The position numbers were made by a program, and so were the translations under genes. The notes beneath the pieces are model-generated. The model had not been told where the DNA came from. It was given only the letters and a program-made list of their open reading frames with translations, and searched no databases. From positions 6,336,001 to 6,400,000 of the forward strand of contig CBDCXR010000004.1 of assembly GCA_965223845.1 (NCBI GenBank): a stretch of DNA of 64,000 nt, read 5' to 3'. This DNA is from Planctomycetota bacterium (lineage in GTDB: Bacteria > Planctomycetota > UBA8108 > SXIK01). This document shows positions 46,701-55,700 of this stretch, piece by piece. Within the stretch, counting starts at the first letter, position 1, and every line of letters begins with the position of its first letter.

Positions 46701-49700
46701 CGGCGACGGTCACGTTTACGAACCAAAACGATCCGCCCGTCATCGGCAACAATGCTCTGACGATCAGCGAGGGCGGGACGGTGGTGCTGAGTGCAACGGA
46801 GTTCTCAGCAACGGACATCGACACGCTCGATTCGACACTTCAGTTCACCGTGTCCGGGGTGACGAACGGTCAATTCGAGGAAGTGGCGAACCCCGGAGTC
46901 GCGGTGACGACTTTCACGCAAGCTCAGGTGACGTCGGGCGCGATCCAGTTCGTGCACAACGGTGGTGAGGCGGCGCCCGCGTACTCGGTGACCGTATCGG
47001 ACGGGGCTCTGTCGGACGGCCCGGAAGCCGCGACGATTACGTTCAGCAACGTCAACGACGTCCCGGCAGTCGATCTCGACGCCGACGACTCAAACTCTCC
47101 CGGGCTCGATTTCGCGACGACGTGGACGGAAGGCCTCGGACCCGTCGCCGTCACGGACGCCGACGCCGTCGTGTCCGACGTCGACAGCGCCAATCTGATC
47201 TCACTCACCGTCACAATCACCAATTCGATCGACGGAGTGAACGAGGTCCTGGCCGCCGACACGACGGGAACTTCGATCACCGCGAGCTACGACGCCGGAA
47301 CGAGCGTGCTGACGCTCTCCGGTTCCGACTCGCTCGCGAACTATCAGCAAGTTCTCCGCACGGTCACGTATGACAACACCGCGGGGAATCCGAACACGAG
47401 CGTGCGTTCTCTCGCCTTCGTAGCCTCGGATTCCGGTGGCCCGAGCTCGACCGCGACGACGACGCTATCGATCGTCGCCGGCGTGAACCAAGGGCTCGTC
47501 GGTCACTATCAACTGGACGAGGGAAGCGGCACGATCGCCGTCGACAGCTCGTCGTTCGGCTGGGACGGCGTGCACGCCGGACCCACGAATCCGGTCCACG
47601 TCGACGGCCGCGTCGGCAGCGGAGCACTCGACTTCGCCGGTGATTTCGATCGAGTCGAAGTGCCCGACGCTCCCGACGGGCATCTGGACTTCGGCGCCGG
47701 CGACTTCTCGGTGAGTTTCTGGCTCAACACCACGCAGGTTCCGGCGAGTGAGAGTCGACTCGTTGGGAAGCAGGCGGGCGGCGCTACGCCCGGGTTCATC
47801 TTTTTCACCGACTCCTTTGGTGACATCAATTTTGCGGGCGGCGACGGAGCGAGCCAAGAGCTCGTCTGGGGGAGCGGTGCCCTCGACGGCGCTTGGCACC
47901 ACGTGACGGGCCAGCGAGTTGGGAATCAGTTCCAGCTTTACATCGACGGCGTGCTGGTCGACTCGACGACTGGATCCATCTCGAGCATCGACAACGCAGA
48001 GGCTCTTGTCATGGGGGCGAGTTCGGCCGAGTACGACGGCGTCCTCGACGATATCCGGCTTTACGATCATGCCCTCACCGTCGGGGAGATCGGAGCGCTC
48101 GCGAATCCGCCGCGCGTGGATCTCGATGCCGACAATTCGGTGTCGCCCGGGGATGCGTTTGCAACCACGTGGGTCGAAGGTTCCGGGCCGGTGAACGTCG
48201 CCGACGCGGATGCGATCGTCACCGACGGCAACGACGCCGACTTGGTTTCTCTGACGATAACGATCGCCAACCAACTCGACGGTGCGCTCGAGGTACTGTC
48301 CGCCGACACCACGGGAACCTCGATCTCCGCGAGCTACGATTCGGGCACGGGGACGCTCACCCTATCCGGAATCGATTCGGTGGCGAACTACCAGCAAGTC
48401 TTGCGAACCGTCACCTACGACAACGGGAGCGACGCGCCGAATTCGACGACGAGGACCCTCGAGGTCGTCGCGGACGACGGCATGATTCAGAGTAACGTCG
48501 CGATCGCCACCGTTTCGATCACGCCGACAAACGACTCGCCCACTGCGGTCGCCGATACGGACTCGGTGGCCGAAGGCGAGACCGTGACGATCGACCTCGC
48601 GGCGAACGATACCGATCCCGATAGCGCCCTCGATCTCAATTCGATCGTCATCGTGAGCGGTCCGTCGAACGGCTCGGTGGTCGTCAACGGAGACGGAACG
48701 GTCGACTACACTCACGACGGTAGCGAAACCACGTCGGACTCGTTTACCTACACGATCGACGACTTGCCTGGAGCGACATCGAACACTGCCACCGTGTCGG
48801 TCACGATCACGGCGCAGAACGACGCGCCGGTGCTCGGGAACAACGCCCTGACGATCACGGAAGGCGGTACAGTCGTTCTCTCCAGCGCCGAGCTGACGGC
48901 GACGGATGTCGATGATCTCGACTCGTCGCTCCAGTTCACCGTTTCCGGAGTGACGGGTGGACGGTTCGAAGAGGTCGCGAGTCCCGGCGTCGCGATCACG
49001 TCGTTCACCCAAGCGCAGGTGACTGCCGGTGACATCCAGTTCGTACACGATGGCGGCGAGGCGGCGCCGGCGTACTCGGTGACGGTTTCGGACGGCTCGC
49101 TCACGGACGGCCCCGAGGCGGCGACGATCACGTTCACGAACCAGAACGACCCGCCCGTCATCGGGAACAACGCCCTCACGATCGCCGAGGGAGGGACGGT
49201 GGTGCTGAGCGCAGCGGAGCTCTCAGCAACGGACATCGACACCGTCGATTCGACCCTTCAGTTTACGGTGTCCAGCGTGACGAACGGCCAGTTCGAGGAA
49301 GTGGCGAATCCCGGCGTCTCGGTGACCACGTTTACGCAAGCGCAGGTGACTGCGGGCGCGATTCAGTTCGTGCACAACGGCGGTGAAACTGCGCCGTCGT
49401 ATTCCGTGACGGTGTCCGATGGTTCGCTTTCGGACGGCCCCGAGGCGGCGACGATCACGTTCACGAACCAAAACGACCCGCCCGTCATCGGGAATAATGC
49501 GCTCACGATCACCGAGGGTGGTACCGTCGTCCTCTCCGGTGCACAGCTCTCGGCAACGGACGTCGATACGCTCGATTCGACCCTTCAGTTCACGGTGTCC
49601 GGCGTGACGAACGGTCAGTTCGAGGAAGTGGCGAATCCTGGCGTGGCGATCACGTCGTTCACGCAAGCACAGGTGACTTCCGGCGCCGTCCAGTTCGTCC

Positions 49701-52700
49701 ACAACGGGGGTGAAGCTGCGCCGAGCTACTCGGTGACAGTGTCGGACGGCTCGCTCACCGACGGTCCCGAGGCGGCGGCGATCACGTTTACGAACGAGAA
49801 CGACGCGCCGGTGCTCGGGAACAACGCGTTGACGATCACTGAGGGCGGGACGGTAGTGCTCTCGGGCGCGGAACTCGCCGCTACAGACATCGACGACGTG
49901 GATTCGACGCTTCAGTTTGCCGTCTCGAGCGTTTCGAATGGCCAGTTCGAGGAAGTGGCGAATCCCGGCGTCTCGGTGACCACGTTTACACAAGCGCAGG
50001 TGACTGCGGGCGCGATCCAGTTCGTGCACAACGGCGGTGAAGCGGCTCCGGCGTACTCCGTGACAGTGTCCGATGGTTCGCTTTCGGACGGTCCCGAGGC
50101 GGCGGCGATCACGTTCACGAACCAGAACGACCCGCCGGTGCTCGGCAACAACGCCCTCACGGTCACCGAGGGCGGTACTGTTGTCCTCTCCGGTGCACAG
50201 CTCTCGGCAACGGACGTCGACGACGTCGATTCGACGCTCCAGTTCACGGTTTCCGGTGTGACCGGTGGCCAGTTCGAAGAGGTGGCGAACCCCGGCGTGG
50301 CGATTACGTCGTTCACGCAGGCTCAGGTGACTTCGGGCGCGATCCAGTTCGTGCACAACGGGGGCGAGTCTGCTCCGGCGTACTCGGTGGCGGTTTCGGA
50401 CGGCTCGCTCACCGACGGTCCCGAGGCCGCGGCAATCACGTTCACGAACCAGAACGACCCGCCGGTGCTCGGGAACAACGCGCTCACGATCGCCGAAGGA
50501 GGGAGCGTCGTTCTCTCGGCGACCGAGCTCTCGGCCACGGACATCGATACCCTCGATTCGACCCTTCAGTTCACCGTGTCCGGCGTGACGAACGGCCAGT
50601 TCGAGGAAGTGGCGAATCCCGGTGTGGCGGTCACGTCGTTTGCGCAAGCTCAAGTCGCCGCGGGCGCGATTCAGTTCGTGCACAACGGCGGTGAAGTTGC
50701 GCCGTCGTATTCGGTCATGGTGTCCGATGGTTCGCTTTCGGATGGTCCCGAGGCCGCGGCGATCACGTTTACGAATCAGAACGATCCGCCCGTCATCGGG
50801 AATAACGCTCTCACGATTGCGGAAGGCGGGACCGTCGTCCTCTCCGCCGCCGAGCTGTCTGCAACGGATGTCGAGACACTCGACTCGACACTCCAGTTCA
50901 CTGTATCCGGGGTGACCGGTGGCCAGTTCGAGGAGGTGGCGAACCCCGGCGTGGCGATCACGTCGTTCACGCAGGCTCAGGTGACTTCGGGCGCGATCCA
51001 GTTCGTGCACAACGGGGGCGAGTCTACGCCGGCGTACTCGGTGACAGTGTCCGATGGTTCGCTCTCGGATGGCCCCGAGGCCGCGACGGTCACGTTTACC
51101 AATCAGAATGATCCGCCCGTCATCGGGAACAATGCGCTCACCATCGCTGAAGGCGGAACTGTTGTGCTGTCGGGCACGCAGCTGTCCGCGACGGACGTCG
51201 ACGATCTCGACTCGACACTTCAGTTCACCGTATCCGGAGTGACCGGAGGTCGGTTCGAAGAACTAGCGAACCCTGGCATCGCGATCACATCGTTCACGCA
51301 GGCGCAGGTGACCTCCGGCGATATCCAGTTCGTCCACGATGGCGGAGAGGCGGCGCCGGCGTACTCCGTGACGGTGTCCGATGGTTCGCTTTCGGACGGT
51401 CCCGAGGCGGCGACGATCACGTTCACGAACCAGAACGACCCGCCTGTCATCGGCAACAATGCTTTGACGGTGAGCGAGGGCGGAACGGTCGTGCTGAGCG
51501 CAGCGGAGCTCTCGGCAACGGACATCGACGACGTCGATTCGACCCTTCAGTTCACGGTGTCCGGCGTGACGAACGGTCAGTTCGAGGAGGTGGCGAACCC
51601 CGGCGTGTCGATCACGTCGTTCACGCAGGCTCAGGTGACTTCGGGCGCGATCCAGTTCGTGCACAACGGTGGTGAGGCTGCACCGAGCTACTCGGTCACG
51701 GTGTCGGACGGCGCTCTCTCTGACGGCCCCGAGGCCGCGGCGATCACGTTCACGAACCAGAACGACGCGCCGATGCTCGGCAACAACGCGCTCACGATCG
51801 CCGAAGGAGGTACGGTCGTACTCTCGAGCGCGGAGCTCTCGGGCACGGACATCGATACACTCGATTCGACGCTCCAGTTCACGGTGTCCGGCGTAACGAA
51901 CGGTCAGTTCGAGGAGGTGGCGAATTTCGGCATCGCGATCACATCGTTCACGCAGGCGCAGGTGACCTCCGGTGCGATCCAGTTCGTGCACAACGGTGGT
52001 GAGGCTGCGCCGAGCTACTCGGTCACGGTGTCCGATGGTTCGCTTTCGGATGGTCCCGAGGCGGCGACGATCACGTTCACGAACCAGAACGATCCCCCGG
52101 TGCTAGGGAACAACGCGCTGACGATTACCGAGGGCGGGACGGTAGTGCTTTCGGGCGCGGAACTCTCCGCTACGGACATCGACGACGTCGATTCGACGCT
52201 CCAGTTCACGGTTTCCGGGTTGACCGGTGGACAGTTCGAGGAGGTGGCGAGTCCTGGCGTCGCGGTGACGTCGTTTACGCAAGCTCAAGTTGCCGCGGGC
52301 GACATCCAGTTCGTCCACGATGGTGGCGAAGCGGCGCCCGCGTACTCGGTTGCCGTGTCGGACGGATCGCTCTCGGACGGTCCCGAGGCGGCGACGGTCA
52401 CGTTCACGAACCAGAACGACCCACCTGTCATCGGCAACAATGCTCTGACAATCGGCGAGGGCGGAACGGTCGTGCTGAGCGCAGCGGAGCTCTCGGCAAC
52501 GGACATCGACGACGTCGATTCGACCCTTCAGTTCACGGTGTCCGGCGTGACGAACGGTCAGTTCGAGGAGGTGGCGAACCCCGGCGTGTCGATCACGTCG
52601 TTCACGCAGGCTCAGGTGACTTCGGGCGCGATCCAGTTCGTGCACAACGGTGGTGAGGCTGCGCCGAGCTACTCGGTCACGGTGTCGGACGGCGCTCTCT

Positions 52701-55700
52701 CTGACGGCCCCGAGGCGGCGACGATCACGTTCACAAGTCAGAACGACCCGCCTGTCATCGGCAACAATGCTCTGACAATCGACGAGGGCGGAACGGTCGT
52801 GCTGAGCGCAGCGGAGCTCTCGGCGACGGACATCGACGACGTCGATTCGACCCTTCAGTTCACGGTGTCCGGCGTGACGAACGGTCAGTTTGAGGAGGTC
52901 GCGAATCCCGGTGTCGCGATCACGTCATTCACGCAGGCGCAGGTGACGTCCGGCGCGATCCAGTTCGTGCACAACGGCGGGGAGGCGGCTCCGGCGTACT
53001 CCGTGACGGTGTCCGATGGTTCGCTTTCGGATGGCCCCGAGGTCGCGACGATTACGTTCACGAACCAGAACGACGCGCCTGTCATCGGCAGCAATGCTCT
53101 GACAATCGGCGAGGGCGGAACGGTCGTGCTGAGCGCAGCGGAGCTCTCGGCAACGGACATCGACGACGTCGATTCGACCCTTCAGTTCACGGTGTCCGGC
53201 GTGACGAATGGTCAGTTCGAGGAGGTCGCGAATCCCGGTGTCGCGATCACGTCATTCACGCAGGCGCAGGTGACCTCCGGCGCGATCCAGTTCGTACACA
53301 ACGGCGGTGAAGCGGCTCCGGCGTACTCCGTGACAGTGTCCGATGGTTCGCTCTCGGATGGCCCCGAAGCCGTGGCGATTACGTTTACGAATCAGAACGA
53401 CGCGCCGGTTCTCGGCAACAACGCGCTCACGATCACGGAAGGCGGCACGGTCGTGCTCTCGGGGACGGAGCTGTCGGCGACGGATATCGACACGCTCGAT
53501 TCAACGCTACAGTTCACCGTATCGGGTGTGACCAACGGTCAGTTCGAAGAGGTGGCGAACCCCGGCGTCGCGGTGACGTCGTTCACGCAAGCGCAGGTGA
53601 CGTCGGGCGCGATCCAGTTCGTGCACGACGGTGGTGAGGCGGCGCCGAGCTACTCGGTCGCGGTGTCGGACGGCGCGCTCTCTGACGGCCCCGGGGCCGC
53701 GACGATCACGTTCACGAATCAGAATGACGCGCCGGTTCTCGGCAATAACGCGCTCACGATCACGGAAGGCGGAACCATCGTCTTGAGCGCGACGGAGCTT
53801 TCTGCGACCGATGTGGAATCGGTCGATTCAACGCTTCAGTTCACTGTTTCGGGTGTGATCAACGGTCAGTTCGAAGAGGTGGCGAACCCCGGCGTCGCGG
53901 TGACGTCGTTCACGCAAGCGCAGGTGACGTCGGGCGCGATCCAGTTCGTGCACGACGGCGGTGAAGCTGCGCCGAGCTACTCGGTGACGGTGTCGGACGG
54001 CGGTCTCTCTGACGGCCCCGAGGCGGCGGCGATCACGTTCACGAACCAAAACGACGCGCCGGTTCTCGGCAACAACGCGCTCACGATCACGGAGGGCGGC
54101 ACGGTCGTGCTCTCGGGGACGGAGCTGTCGGCGACAGATATCGACACGCTCGATTCGACGCTACAGTTCACCGTATCGGGTGTGACCAACGGTCAGTTCG
54201 AAGAGGTGGCGAACCCCGGCGTCGCGGTGACGTCGTTCACGCAGGCGCAGGTGACGTCAGGCGCGATTCAGTTCGTGCACGACGGTGGTGAAGCTGCGCC
54301 GAGCTACTCGGTCGCGGTGTCGGACGGCTCGCTTTCGGATGGTCCCGAGGCGGCGGCGATCACGTTCACGAACCAAAACGACGCGCCGGTTCTCGGCAAC
54401 AACACGCTCACGATCACGGAAGGCGGCACGGTCGTGCTTTCGGGGACGGAGCTGTCGGCGACGGACATCGACACGCTCGAGTCGACGCTACAGTTCACCG
54501 TATCCGGTGTGACCAACGGTCAGTTCGAAGAGGTGGCGAATTTCGGCATCGCGATCACATCGTTCACGCAGGCGCAGGTGACCTCCGGTGCGATCCAGTT
54601 CGTGCACAACGGTGGTGAGGCTGCGCCGAGCTACTCGGTCGCGGTGTCCGATGGTTCGCTTTCGGATGGCCCCGAGGCCGCGGCGATCACGTTCACGAAT
54701 CAGAATGACGCGCCGGTTCTCGGCAATAACGCGCTCACGATCACCGAGGGCGGCACGGTCGTGCTCTCGGGGACGGAGCTGTCGGCAACGGACATCGACA
54801 CGCTCGAGTCGACCCTTCAGTTCACGGTGTCCGGCGTGACGAACGGTCAGTTCGAAGAGGTGGCGAACCCCGGCGTCGCGGTGACGTCGTTCACGCAGGC
54901 GCAGGTGACGTCAGGCGCGATTCAGTTCGTGCACGACGGTGGTGAGGCGGCGCCGAGCTACTCGGTCGCGGTGTCGGACGGCGCTCTCTCTGACGGCCCC
55001 GAGGCCGCGGCGATCACGTTCACGAATCAGAATGACGCGCCGGTTCTCGGCAATAACGCGCTCACGATCACGGAAGGCGGAACCATCGTCTTGAGCGCGA
55101 CGGAGCTTTCTGCGACCGATGTGGAATCGGTCGATTCAACGCTTCAGTTCACTGTTTCGGGTGTGATCAACGGTCAGTTCGAAGAGGTGGCGAACCCCGG
55201 CGTCGCGGTGACGTCGTTCACGCAGGCGCAGGTGACGTCGGGCGCGATCCAGTTCGTGCACGACGGTGGTGAAGCTGCGCCGAACTACTCGGTGACGGTG
55301 TCGGACGGCGCTCTCTCTGACGGCCCCGAGGCCGCGACGATCACGTTTACGAATCAGAACGACGCGCCGACGGCTGTCGCCGACGTGGGAATCGTCGCGG
55401 AGGGTGGCTCCGCGACTCTCGACCTCGCTGGGAACGACATCGATCCCGAGGGCGCTCTGGATCTCACGTCGATTCGAATCGTAGATTCCCCGTCGAACGG
55501 CTCGATCGTCGTCAACGACGACGGCACGATCGACTACACCCACGACGGCTCGGAAACCACCACCGACTCGTTCACCTACACGGTCGACGACGCCGTTTCG
55601 GCAACGTCGAACGTCGCTACGGTGTCGGTCACCGTCACCCCGCAGAACGACAACCCCGCCCTCGTTGCCAACGCTCCCGTGAGCGTTATCGAAGGCGAAC

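Noticed and set aside
48817-55357. Possible CRISPR array or DGR template/variable repeats
   Set aside because: The repeats are in-frame 327-bp coding units without spacers, variation is not adenine-specific, and no cas or reverse transcriptase gene is present.
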